From NCBI GenBank assembly GCA_021811585.1, contig JAJZOG010000007.1:57459-121458 (forward strand): a stretch of 64,000 nt of DNA. Reading direction: 5' to 3'. The notes below the pieces were generated by a model. That model ran no database searches. It saw only the letters and a program-made list of their open reading frames with translations, and was not told the origin of the DNA. The translations under genes were made by a program, and so were the position numbers. This document shows, one piece after another, positions 1-9,729 of this stretch (its first letter is position 1; every line of letters starts with the position of its first letter). The stretch is from a bacterium. Its GTDB lineage: Bacteria; Patescibacteriota; Doudnabacteria; UBA920; VMFF01.

Positions 1-2
1 GT

Positions 3-1649
3 GCAATAGCTGTTTTCGGTCTGCTTGCCTTGATGGTAATGAGAAATATCAATGCCCCGGGAAGCGCCAACCCCAAAGTTAATCTTGCCATAAGCGCGCC
101 CAACCAAGTTCCTTCCGGCTCGGAATTAATTTATAAAATTCAAATAAACAACAACGACAATTCCGCGATTAAAAAAGTGAGCTTGGATTTGCTTTATCCC
201 CAGGGTTTTATTTTTGAAGACAGCACGCCAAAGCCGAACAAGCTGGATGGCACTCATTTTGATATCGCCAATCTGGATCCAGGGCAAAACGCGGTAATCA
301 TGCTGAAGGGCAGCATTATAGGCAACGCGGGCGAAACCAAAACGTTAAACGCGGTTCTGCATTACCAGTTTGCCAATTTCAGTTCTGATTTTATTTCGCA
401 ATCGCAATCCGGCACGCAAATCACGGCTTCAAACGTTGCTTTGCAATTCAAAGGGCCGCAGCAGGTTTCGGGAAACCAGAGCTCCACGTACCAAATTTCA
501 TACGCGAATATTGCCAATCATGATCTCAACGGCTTGAAGCTCACTTTAAACATTCCAAACAATTTCCAGGTTTTAAGCTATTCTCCTCAGCCGGATTTGG
601 GCACAACTTGGGATCTTGGAGATTTGCCGATAAACGGCACCAATTCTATTTCAATAACAGGCGCATTTAACGATAACAATGCCGGCGACCAATTTTCTTT
701 TGTTGCCGAAATAGACGGGCCTGATACAAACGGCCAGAGCATAGTTTATTCCAATTCTTCTTACCAGGTTTCCATTGTGGCGCCGCAGCTGGAAGCGGAT
801 TTGAGCCAGCAAAACGCTCAAGCCCAGGGGCAGAGCGCTTCCGGTTCATCCGGAATTATTGCCAAGCCTGGCGATACCATGCAGTTTAAGATTAATTATA
901 AAAATAACGATATAACTGCCGCAACAGGAGTAATACTTAGCGCAACCATTGACGGCGCTGCCGCGGACCTTTCAACTGTTCTTGCAAACAATGCCGCCAT
1001 AAGCGGGAACACAATTACCTGGAACGCCTCGCAGGTCAGCGCGTTTGCTTCGCTACAGCCGGGACAATCCGGCGAGCTGGATTTTTCATTCAGGATAAAA
1101 GATCCGGCAACGCGCACTGATGCGCAGGACATGACAGTGTCTTTGCATACGGATATGAAGAGCAACGAATATTCTCAGCCGTTTGAAAGCCCTGAAACGC
1201 AAATTAAAATTGCATCTGTTGTCGGGATTTCGGGGAGCGCGGCCTATGTTTCCGGAGCAAATCCTGTGAGCGCCGGCCAAACAACGGTTTACAGGGTGAC
1301 AATAAGCGCGCGGAACAGCACCAATGCAATTGACAGCGCGGTATTAACGATGAACCTGCCAAATTCAGGCGGCTTTGACATTACCAGCATAAACAGCGCT
1401 GAACAGGCAAATGTAACCTATGACAACAACACCAAAAAGATCACATGGAATTTAGGGACCTTGAAAGCGCACACAGGCGATTTCAGCCCCTTGCGCAAGT
1501 TGCAGTTCAATGTGGAAATTCAGCCCTCTGCAGCCAATTCCACCCAGCAGATGACATTGGTAAATAATATTTCTTTCAGCGGAACAGACAGCTTCACACA
1601 ACAGAATGTGAGCCAATCGATTGGCGATATAACAAATTCTCAGTTTTAA
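3..1649 (+). CDS. Membrane-anchored/secreted protein with repeated Ig-like (DUF11-like) beta-sandwich domains; 5' end outside the window
   Basis: Frame is open from base 3 with a hydrophobic stretch (AIAVFGLLALMVM). Repeated 'Y.I.Y.N ... W.lg.L' units are typical of DUF11-like domains. Confidence 0.6.
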   Translation, partial: AIAVFGLLALMVMRNINAPGSANPKVNLAISAPNQVPSGSELIYKIQINNNDNSAIKKVSLDLLYPQGFIFEDSTPKPNKLDGTHFDIANLDPGQNAVIMLKGSIIGNAGETKTLNAVLHYQFANFSSDFISQSQSGTQITASNVALQFKGPQQVSGNQSSTYQISYANIANHDLNGLKLTLNIPNNFQVLSYSPQPDLGTTWDLGDLPINGTNSISITGAFNDNNAGDQFSFVAEIDGPDTNGQSIVYSNSSYQVSIVAPQLEADLSQQNAQAQGQSASGSSGIIAKPGDTMQFKINYKNNDITAATGVILSATIDGAAADLSTVLANNAAISGNTITWNASQVSAFASLQPGQSGELDFSFRIKDPATRTDAQDMTVSLHTDMKSNEYSQPFESPETQIKIASVVGISGSAAYVSGANPVSAGQTTVYRVTISARNSTNAIDSAVLTMNLPNSGGFDITSINSAEQANVTYDNNTKKITWNLGTLKAHTGDFSPLRKLQFNVEIQPSAANSTQQMTLVNNISFSGTDSFTQQNVSQSIGDITNSQF

Positions 1650-2806
1650 TAGATAAATCCTCTAATAGCACCGTATCCTAAATTCAGCCATCTTTGGTCA
1701 ACGCGGCCAAAGCGGTAAAAATTCATTTCACTGACAAGGAACCTGTCGCCTTCAACCTTTTCTACATAAGCCACATGCCCGTAGCGGCGGCTTTCGGAAG
1801 TTACAAGAATGGCGCCGGGGATCGGGGTTCTGCCGATTTTTGCGCCCATGCTGGCGGCATTGTAAAGCCACATGTTGGCATTGCCGCCCCAGGGAATGTT
1901 GCGCCTTTGCGCCACGTACCAAGTACATTCGCCCCAAGGGAACATGTGCCGCGCGCCCGAGAAATTTTCAACTTCAGAAGGAGCGGGTTCGTAATATGTC
2001 CTGCCGCGCACCGTGAATTCGATCGATGGTTTTGGTTTTGGGGGAGCGGGCACAGCGCCTCCGGGAATAATTAAAACATCCCCGGGGTTTATATCGGATG
2101 CGTTTGCCAAATCGTTATATGAAATAATTGTATTCATGTCCGCATGAAATTTGCTGGCAATGTCAGGCAAGGTATCGTTATTGGTGACTTTATGCAGAAC
2201 GCCGCTTGTGGGCAGGATAAGAAGATCCCACCCCGGCTTTATCATTTGGCTGTGCAGGTTGTTTGCCCACATAATTGTGTCGACTGAAATATTGTATTTG
2301 TCGGCAATTCCCTGCAAAGTGTCGCCGGATTTTGTGGTGTAGACCCTTATTTGGTCTAAAATCAAAGTTTTAGAATCGATATTCGGCTTTTGTATCGCAT
2401 TATCATTTATAAAATCCGGCTGGAGGTTTGCGCTTTCAACGGAATTTGTCTGCGCGGAAACCGCATTTCCGGAATTTTCAGCAGCTGCAATTTGATCCGC
2501 AGCCAAAACAACCTGGGCATCGGCCGAAGGAATCAGCCCGGAACTGGAATCCGTAACAATTGTGCTCACAGACGTCTGCCTGGCATACAAGGATTTGTTA
2601 TAGTTGGAATGATACGAGAGGAGTTTTGCCAGAAGATTGTTGTTGTTCAAGTGTTCCAAACCGGCAGCGCCTGCAAAATTCGCGCCGATAATAATAAAAG
2701 AGAGCACAAAAACAACCAGTTCTGTGCTGAACTTGAAAGTATAATCAATTCGATCCATCTTCAACGAAGAATGGAGCGCGTGAAAAGAATTAAAATGCGA
2801 GTCCAA
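1646..2806 (-). CDS. LysM x2 + CHAP peptidoglycan-binding hydrolase with N-terminal TM; start may extend to ATC at 2902
   Basis: Two LysM repeats (YTTKSGDTLQGIA, HKVTNNDTLPDIA). CHAP catalytic motifs GECTWYV and YGHVAYVE. Confidence 0.9.
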   Translation of the reverse strand: MDSHFNSFHALHSSLKMDRIDYTFKFSTELVVFVLSFIIIGANFAGAAGLEHLNNNNLLAKLLSYHSNYNKSLYARQTSVSTIVTDSSSGLIPSADAQVVLAADQIAAAENSGNAVSAQTNSVESANLQPDFINDNAIQKPNIDSKTLILDQIRVYTTKSGDTLQGIADKYNISVDTIMWANNLHSQMIKPGWDLLILPTSGVLHKVTNNDTLPDIASKFHADMNTIISYNDLANASDINPGDVLIIPGGAVPAPPKPKPSIEFTVRGRTYYEPAPSEVENFSGARHMFPWGECTWYVAQRRNIPWGGNANMWLYNAASMGAKIGRTPIPGAILVTSESRRYGHVAYVEKVEGDRFLVSEMNFYRFGRVDQRWLNLGYGAIRGFIY

Positions 2807-3020
2807 CCTTGATTTCAGAGTTTTGAGCCGCTTGGCCAGAGAAACCGAAATTCCGAGTATTTTTTTTGCAAACGCTATCAGCCGATTAATGGAGGATTGG
2901 ATAGGGTCTCCTTATTATTCCGAGCCGTGAAAATTGCGCGAAAGTCCTTAATTTTCCGCATAAAAGTGATGCGGCGCAGCTTTACGGACGGTTTAACAAG
3001 CTTAAGTTCTTAACGGGTAA

Positions 3021-3049
3021 ATCCTACCAGAATCAGTATCAGCGTTCAA
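3021..3049 (-). promoter_or_regulatory. Putative sigma70 promoter for the LysM-CHAP gene
   Basis: TTGAAC-N17-TAGGAT on the minus strand. Confidence 0.45.
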
Positions 3050-3163
3050 GTATTTTGTCCAAATGCTATTTAATTATGGCTTAAATAAGCGACTTTTTAT
3101 CCACAATACGCGAAAACATTGGGATTTTGGCTTATTTGCGTTAAAAGCCGTATAATCAAAAGT

Positions 3164-5380
3164 ATGAACAGAAAATCAGAAGAATTGCTTGAAGGATTAA
3201 ATGAAAAACAAAGGGAAGCGGTTACAGCGCCGCTTGGCCCTGTTTTAGTGCTTGCGGGCGCCGGCTCGGGCAAGACAAAAGTGTTGACGCACAGGATTGC
3301 CTATTTAATTTCGGAAAAAATATTTGCGCCTGAAAATATTTTGGCGCTAACTTTTACGAACAAAGCTGCCAAAGAAATGCAGGGCAGAATAGTGCGGCTG
3401 GCGCAAGGCAGCAGCAGCGGTGCGGGCATGGCGGCTGGCGCGGATTATTACGCCAACCGCGCGAGAAATTTATTTGCCATAAAAGGAATGCCTATAATGG
3501 GGACGTTTCATTCTATTTGCGCAAGAATTTTGCGCAATGAAATAGCAGCGCTCGGCTACACCGGACATTTTACGATTTGCGACGATGACGACCAAAGCAA
3601 AATCATAAAAGAAATTTGCGCGGAAAAGAATCTCGGCCCGAGATTCGCGCCCAGCTTGATTTTGAATTGCATTTCCAAAGCGAAAAATATGCTGCAGACT
3701 CCGGAGGAATTTGATTTGCGCTTGGATGCGTTTTTTTCCAACACAATCCGTGAAATTTACGCCGGCTATCAAAACTATCTTTTCAGGCAAAATTCCCTGG
3801 ATTTTGACGATCTCCTGATGCTCGCCGTGAAATTATTCCAATCGCGCCCCGAGGTTCTGGAGAAGTACCGCGGCCTTTTCAAATATATTTTGGTCGACGA
3901 ATACCAGGATACCAACCATGCGCAATATGTCCTGCTGCGCCTGCTCACGGACGGCAATTTGTTCGTGGTCGGGGACGATGCCCAGGCAATTTACGGGTTC
4001 CGCGGTTTGAATTTGCACAACATTCTTGGTTTTGAAGAAAATTTTTCCGATTGCCTGGTGATTAAATTGGAACAGAATTACAGGTCAACCAAAAATATCC
4101 TTGCCGTTGCCCAGGAAGTTATAGAGATAAACGCGGAGCAAAAAAAGAAAAAATTGTGGACGGAAAATGATTTTGGAAGCCGGATAAAAGTTGTGGAAGT
4201 GGAGGATGAAATTGAAGAAGCGAAATTCGTGGCCAAGGCAATTATCGGAAAAGCCGGGCGGGAAGAGCGTGAAAGCAGCGGTGCGGCTATCGGGGAAATG
4301 GAGTATGAGCATGAAGAAAGCGGCTTTTATGAGGACGAGGCCGCGCATGGCGCCGAAGAATCCGCGGCAAATAAATTTTCGATTCTGGATATTTTTTTAA
4401 AAAAACAAAAAGGGCATTCGCCTTTGCGCGGCTTGGGATTTTCCCTGCCGCGCTTGCCGGAAAAACACGGCACCTTGAACCAATACGCGGTTTTGTACCG
4501 TACGCACGCGCAGTCCCGCGCGCTGGAAGAGGTTTTTCTTCAGGCGGAAATTCCGTACCAAATAATCGGCGGCGTTAAATTTTATCAGAGAAAAGAAATT
4601 AAAGACGTCCTCGCTTATTTGCGCCTGGTTGAAAATTTCAGGGATTTGGTGGCGCTTAAGCGGGTGATTAACGTGCCGCCGCGCGGAATAGGAGAAAAAT
4701 CTTTCGGAGAGCTAAAAAATTTAATTTTGAACGCCAAGAGCGCGGAACTTCCCGGCTTGCGCGCGGAACTTGCCGAGATAGCGCTGGCATCCAAGCAATA
4801 TAATGCTGTCCAGGATTTTTTCCGCTTGCTTGAGGAATATTGCCAATTCTCCAAGCATGAAAATTTGAATTCGCTGATGCGCCTGGTTTTAAAAAAAAGC
4901 GGCTATGAGAATTTTTTGCGCGACGGCACGGACGAGGGTGAAAGCAGGTGGGAAAACGTCGAGGAACTTTTTAACGTCGCCGCCAAATACGCCGGCATGG
5001 CATGGAGCGACGGGCTGGCGGAATTTTTGGAAGAGGTTGCGCTGATGACCGAGGCGGATAACATGAATGACGCGCGCGATTGCGTTACGTTCATGAGTTT
5101 GCACCAGGCCAAGGGCTTGGAATTTGATACGGTTTTTTTCGTCGGCTTGGAAGAGGGCATTTTGCCGCACTCGCGTTCCTTGCTGGATCCGGCAGAACTT
5201 GCCGAAGAAATCCGCCTGGCGTACGTGGGCATTACGCGGGCGCGCAAAAATTTGTATTTGGTTTATGCGCAAAGCAGGAGAATTTTCGGAAACACGCAGT
5301 CCTTCGCCCCTTCGCGGATTTTAAAATCACTGCCCCAAGATAAAATAATTTTTAAAAGCATAAGCAGGTATGATTTATGA
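3164..5380 (+). CDS. pcrA: UvrD/PcrA superfamily 1 DNA helicase
   Basis: AGAGSGKT Walker A, TFTNKAA, DEYQDTN, LEQNYRST, HQAKGLEF, YVGITRA. ATG at 3164 follows TATAAT at 3151. Confidence 0.95.
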   Translation: MNRKSEELLEGLNEKQREAVTAPLGPVLVLAGAGSGKTKVLTHRIAYLISEKIFAPENILALTFTNKAAKEMQGRIVRLAQGSSSGAGMAAGADYYANRARNLFAIKGMPIMGTFHSICARILRNEIAALGYTGHFTICDDDDQSKIIKEICAEKNLGPRFAPSLILNCISKAKNMLQTPEEFDLRLDAFFSNTIREIYAGYQNYLFRQNSLDFDDLLMLAVKLFQSRPEVLEKYRGLFKYILVDEYQDTNHAQYVLLRLLTDGNLFVVGDDAQAIYGFRGLNLHNILGFEENFSDCLVIKLEQNYRSTKNILAVAQEVIEINAEQKKKKLWTENDFGSRIKVVEVEDEIEEAKFVAKAIIGKAGREERESSGAAIGEMEYEHEESGFYEDEAAHGAEESAANKFSILDIFLKKQKGHSPLRGLGFSLPRLPEKHGTLNQYAVLYRTHAQSRALEEVFLQAEIPYQIIGGVKFYQRKEIKDVLAYLRLVENFRDLVALKRVINVPPRGIGEKSFGELKNLILNAKSAELPGLRAELAEIALASKQYNAVQDFFRLLEEYCQFSKHENLNSLMRLVLKKSGYENFLRDGTDEGESRWENVEELFNVAAKYAGMAWSDGLAEFLEEVALMTEADNMNDARDCVTFMSLHQAKGLEFDTVFFVGLEEGILPHSRSLLDPAELAEEIRLAYVGITRARKNLYLVYAQSRRIFGNTQSFAPSRILKSLPQDKIIFKSISRYDL

Positions 5381-6228
5381 AAAGCGGACATAAGCATGCA
5401 AAGCCGCAATTAAGGCCGAAGCACTCTTTGGGGCAGAATTTTTTGACTGACCAAGGCGCGCTGGACGCAATTTCCGCGGCTGCGGAAATAAATTCGCGCG
5501 ACGAAGTTTTGGAGATCGGCCCTGGGCTTGGAAATCTGACCGAACGCCTTGCCGACAAGGCCGGGTTTGTTTTGGCAGTTGAAAAAGACAAAAGATTTTT
5601 TCCCATTCTCAAGGACCGCCTCAAGGAAAAACTTCAGCCGCATGCAAGGACGCCGAAAATTTCCGCAAACGTGCGCTTGGAATTTGCGGACATCATGTCG
5701 TTTAATTTTCAGAAAATTCTGAAAAGCGGATACAAAGTTGTCGCCAACATCCCTTATTATATCACGGGGCAAATTATCGAGATGCTTTTAACAGCGCGCA
5801 ACAAGCCGAGCAAAATTATTTTGCTGGTGCAAAAAGAAGTTGCCGAGCGCCTGGTGGCCAAAGCTGGGCAGGGGAGCGTGCTTTCAATTTCCGCGCAGCT
5901 TTACAGCAGGCCGCAGATGATTGCCGTGATTCCCAAAGAAAGTTTTTTTCCTGTGCCGAAAGTTGATTCCGCGATAGTGCGCATGGACGTGCTGCAGAAG
6001 CCGGCGATTGAGGTTGAAGAAAAAAAATTTTTCAGTTTGGTCAAAGCGGCATTTTCGGGAAAGCGCAAGCAGATTCACAATACGCTCAAAAAGAATTTGA
6101 AATTAAGCGCCGTGGAAGTTGATAAAATTTTAGAACAAGCTGGAGTTAGTGCCAAAGCGCGCCCCCAGGAGCTGGCGCTGGAAGATTGGGAAAAACTTTA
6201 TAGGGCATGGATGGGGATTGGTAGTTAA
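5377..6228 (+). CDS. rsmA: 16S rRNA m6,6A dimethyltransferase KsgA/RsmA
   Basis: LGQNFL, EIGPGLG, VANIPYYIT, PKVDSA motifs. Confidence 0.95.
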   Translation: MKSGHKHAKPQLRPKHSLGQNFLTDQGALDAISAAAEINSRDEVLEIGPGLGNLTERLADKAGFVLAVEKDKRFFPILKDRLKEKLQPHARTPKISANVRLEFADIMSFNFQKILKSGYKVVANIPYYITGQIIEMLLTARNKPSKIILLVQKEVAERLVAKAGQGSVLSISAQLYSRPQMIAVIPKESFFPVPKVDSAIVRMDVLQKPAIEVEEKKFFSLVKAAFSGKRKQIHNTLKKNLKLSAVEVDKILEQAGVSAKARPQELALEDWEKLYRAWMGIGS

Positions 6229-6338
6229 TAGTTGGTAGATGGTAGGTGGTAGTTAATAGATGGTAGTTGGTAGTTAATAGTTAGTAGTTAAAGGTAGTCC
6301 CTTTTTAACTACCAACTACTAACTATTAACTACCAACT
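6218..6338. repeat. Heptamer tandem repeats (NTRRTAG) arranged as an inverted pair
   Basis: Ten heptamers TTGGTAG/TTAATAG/TTAGTAG/ATGGTAG at 6218-6287; four complementary units CTACCAA/CTACTAA/CTATTAA at 6309-6336. Confidence 0.9.
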
Positions 6339-6456
6339 TAACGCTGTTAAAAAAATTGGTGGTTCCTCTTGCAGAAAAATTTGAAATCTGCTATAATAAC
6401 TATAGTGAGATTGATATTTTCGAAACACAAACAAAAGACAAGTAAATAAAGGGAAC

Positions 6457-7239
6457 ATGCAAGAAATTCCAAGCCAAAACATCCGTTCGGGAACGGATTT
6501 CGGCTTTAAAAATATTGCTTTGATTGCGGTCTGCGCGGCTTTTTTGGTATTTGCCGGCTATTGGCAATATCCGGGATCTTTTCCCGGGCATTTTTCGTTG
6601 TTTAATCCGGTTTCTTCTTCTGACGGAAACTTGGCCTTGGCAACCCCGCCAAAGCCTTTTGATTTAACTTTGGCAGGAGGCGCAGACGGTGTGGGCTCAA
6701 CAATGTTTGCACAGAATAATTCGGGAAATTTGGCTCAAGGAAATTCAGCACAAGGGGTTTTGGCTCAAGGAAATTCAGCGCAGGGAAATTTACCCGAAAA
6801 TAATTTGGACCAATCCGCAGGCGCACAGACGAGCGCGGTTTTAGGTGCGACAACTTATGATAAAAATTTCGCCGAGCAGTTCAATTCCATTCCCCTCCAG
6901 CTGATTGCGGATAATTCCACGGCAGCTTTGCAAACCTATGCCGGCCAGGTAAACGCTGTCTTGCAGGCGGACAATGCCGCCGGACTTGTGAGCGCCGCGA
7001 AAAAATCCGGAGCCGAAAAAAACGGAGGCCTCAGCGCGGCGCAAAATAAATTCATACAGGATTTCCAGGCAATAGCAGTCCCTGACTCTTTGCTTGATTA
7101 TGCGCGCATGTTTATAGGCAGCTATGCCTTGCAGTTTGTGGGCGACCCGAAATTGGATGCCACAATATCGCAGGCAAATTCTGAACTGGGAATCATAAGG
7201 CAGCAAGTCCGGCAGTCCAGCCAAATCGCATTGCCATAA
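6457..7239 (+). CDS. Membrane-anchored hypothetical protein, first gene of the T4SS-like locus
   Basis: N-terminal TM, internal 30-bp duplication (LAQGNSAQG x2), helical C-terminal domain. TTGAAA and TGcTATAAT lie upstream. Confidence 0.7.
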   Translation: MQEIPSQNIRSGTDFGFKNIALIAVCAAFLVFAGYWQYPGSFPGHFSLFNPVSSSDGNLALATPPKPFDLTLAGGADGVGSTMFAQNNSGNLAQGNSAQGVLAQGNSAQGNLPENNLDQSAGAQTSAVLGATTYDKNFAEQFNSIPLQLIADNSTAALQTYAGQVNAVLQADNAAGLVSAAKKSGAEKNGGLSAAQNKFIQDFQAIAVPDSLLDYARMFIGSYALQFVGDPKLDATISQANSELGIIRQQVRQSSQIALP

Positions 7240-7261
7240 ATTTTTTTAAAATCTTTCAGGC

Positions 7262-8284
7262 ATGTCCAAAAAAGCTCTCATAATTTCAGGCCTCTCGGTT
7301 CTCGCGGTAATTATAATTATTGCCGTGGTTTTGGCTTTGGGCAAAAAAACGCCGCAACAGGCGCAGAATCAAAACCCAACTACCGGCACAGGAACAGTGG
7401 GGCAACAAGAGGGCCAGCAGGCGCCTCAGCAACAGCCGGCTTTCCAAATTCATACCGACAACTCGCAGCCGTACGCGGTAAATGCGCCGCGCTCCAATGA
7501 GCCGCAGCAGCAGCCACAACAGCAGCAGGCAAATTCATTAGGCCAGCAACAGCAAACACAAAAACAGCTTGCCGCCGCCATAGCCGCAGGCGTGCTTCCT
7601 GATGCCAATGGAAATTATGTCCAGAAAATAGATAATTCCGGAGTAAACCAATTTGATGTCTCACAATATAATTATGATTTGCCTGACAATCAATTCCTGC
7701 AGGCATATTATCCGGATGCATCGCAAGTAATTAACGCACAGACGCCCACTGACATGGCTTTGAATGCGCAGGACCCTGTGCTTATTAGCAGCACAAGCGG
7801 AGGATCTTCAAACACTGCTCCAGAAGCCATCCCTTTAAACAATGCCGTTGATCCAAGCCAGTTGAAGGTTTCGCAAGACAACAGTGCGGAGGCGATTAAT
7901 AATTATTTGCAGGGCCTTTCAAGTGCAACGGCGCCTTATGATGTTGTAGACAATACCGGCCTTATGAGCGCAATTGCCGGAGGCACTTCCAGCGCAAACG
8001 ATTTGAAGCAGGCGGGATCCACTGTCTCGGGAATCATAAGCCAATTAAAACAAGAACCGGTGCCAAGCGACATGCTCGGGTTGCAGCAGTCATATGTTGC
8101 AATGTATGAAAATTTAAGTTCAAGCATAAATGATGAAGAAAACATGCAAAATGATAAAAGCGCTTCGGCCTTGAATTCAGATGCCCAGGCATTCCAAAAC
8201 GATATAAATAATTTTACGGATTCGTATAGCCAGGTCGGCGACGATTTTACGATAGTGCAAAATGATTACGGAACAGGCCAATAG
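7262..8284 (+). CDS. Membrane-anchored Gln-rich hypothetical protein, probable paralog of 6457-7239
   Basis: N-terminal TM and Q-rich linker. Shares DNSxxAxxxY and VPxxxL motifs with the upstream protein. Confidence 0.7.
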   Translation: MSKKALIISGLSVLAVIIIIAVVLALGKKTPQQAQNQNPTTGTGTVGQQEGQQAPQQQPAFQIHTDNSQPYAVNAPRSNEPQQQPQQQQANSLGQQQQTQKQLAAAIAAGVLPDANGNYVQKIDNSGVNQFDVSQYNYDLPDNQFLQAYYPDASQVINAQTPTDMALNAQDPVLISSTSGGSSNTAPEAIPLNNAVDPSQLKVSQDNSAEAINNYLQGLSSATAPYDVVDNTGLMSAIAGGTSSANDLKQAGSTVSGIISQLKQEPVPSDMLGLQQSYVAMYENLSSSINDEENMQNDKSASALNSDAQAFQNDINNFTDSYSQVGDDFTIVQNDYGTGQ

Positions 8285-8307
8285 CCTATTGCATTCAAGC
8301 CAAAAAA

Positions 8308-9588
8308 ATGAAAAACAAATACGCGAAAATATTAATAATGATTGTGCTTACGCTCACCGCAAGCGCTTCGCTGTTCTTTGCCAAGCCGCACAAAACAAAA
8401 GCGTTTTTGGGTTTCGGCGACATTGTTGCCATAAACCTGGATGATTTGTTCAAGTCCGTTGCCTTTACCATTGCAAATTCCTTGAACCAGCGCTTTACGC
8501 GCCAATTTATGTCGCAGGCGCTGTCAAAAATGAAAGTTCAAAATTACGATATTTATACGCGGAACCTTGCCAACCAGGTTTATATGACAACTGCGCTGAA
8601 AGGCACGACTCCTACAAAGCAATATGTAACCAGGGTGCTGGCAGCAGAAGCCGGCGGACAGCCGATTCAAGACATCAATGGCAATACAATAACCGGCGCT
8701 GACCTTGTTCCGATTTTCAAGCACCAGGCAGTGGAACATTTTAATTTTTTTGATGCGCAAAAGCAGATGTATTCCGGCACTCCGATGGCTTTCAGTTTGT
8801 CGCATGCAGGAGATCTGCAATCAAATCCTTCGAACATTGGCACAACAGCGGCAACTTATGCGGTGCAGACAAGTACAAAGGCGCTGGCACAGGCGCAGGC
8901 AGATACCTCAGCGGCCAACGGATATAAATCAACTTACAATTGCGGAGTAGGGAATAAAGGCCCGTCAACAAAAACGCAAGATCTCGGCAAAGCGGCTTGC
9001 GTAATTAATGATCCGGGGTCTTTTGTTTTTAATGAAATGCAAACGCAAATTGATAAGCTCGGGAAACAGGCCGTACAGCCGACAAACCATGCCATGGCTG
9101 CCTGGGAATTTGCGGCAGATAATTTTGCAACTTATTGGATGAACCGGCTGTTCAATAATGCCAACGGCAATCCGATCTCTGACATCAATTATATTACCCA
9201 ACCGCTTCAGCAATTAGTGGAATCAAGTTTGCAGAGGCCGCAATTTTACATTGTCGACGACAAAGGTAATAAGACATATGGCAGCGATATCCCCGGTAAA
9301 ATTAATGTGCCTGTGGATCCCGGATCATCAATGACTATTGTTTGGGATTCAAGCAAGGTCTTAAATGCTTCCAGCGTGCATTTAACCGAAACATCATGTT
9401 CACCTCAAACCCAGCAATGTCCGCCATCCGGCGATTTGCCCTTGAGCGGGAATTATACTGTAAATTATGACGGCAATTCAGACACATTTACTTTGGATAC
9501 ATATACCGTGGATAACAGCGGGGCAACTGTTTTGAAATACAAATACATATTGACAGTAATACAAACTTTGCCGCTCTCCGGAGGATAA
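8308..9588 (+). CDS. Secreted hypothetical protein of the T4SS-like locus
   Basis: Signal peptide (MKNKYAKILIMIVLTLTASA), paired cysteines, beta-rich C-terminus. Confidence 0.7.
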   Translation: MKNKYAKILIMIVLTLTASASLFFAKPHKTKAFLGFGDIVAINLDDLFKSVAFTIANSLNQRFTRQFMSQALSKMKVQNYDIYTRNLANQVYMTTALKGTTPTKQYVTRVLAAEAGGQPIQDINGNTITGADLVPIFKHQAVEHFNFFDAQKQMYSGTPMAFSLSHAGDLQSNPSNIGTTAATYAVQTSTKALAQAQADTSAANGYKSTYNCGVGNKGPSTKTQDLGKAACVINDPGSFVFNEMQTQIDKLGKQAVQPTNHAMAAWEFAADNFATYWMNRLFNNANGNPISDINYITQPLQQLVESSLQRPQFYIVDDKGNKTYGSDIPGKINVPVDPGSSMTIVWDSSKVLNASSVHLTETSCSPQTQQCPPSGDLPLSGNYTVNYDGNSDTFTLDTYTVDNSGATVLKYKYILTVIQTLPLSGG

Positions 9589-9624
9589 CATAAAGAATTT
9601 TTTGTGTATTTTTGCGTTGTTTGC

Positions 9625-9655
9625 AAGGCCTCTGCGAATCCGCGAAGGCCTTTTT
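9625..9655 (+). terminator. Probable intrinsic terminator
   Basis: AAGGCCT...AGGCCTT stem followed by a T-run. Confidence 0.55.
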
Positions 9656-9729
9656 GTTATACACAGAAAGCGGTTTGCTTTCCATTTGCATTTATGAGAT
9701 AATTATTATGTGAACTTAAGCAAAAAAGC

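Noticed and set aside
2915-3015. c-di-AMP (ydaO) riboswitch upstream of the LysM-CHAP gene
   Set aside because: The conserved GCUGAA and CCCGNCAGCUAAC blocks are absent.
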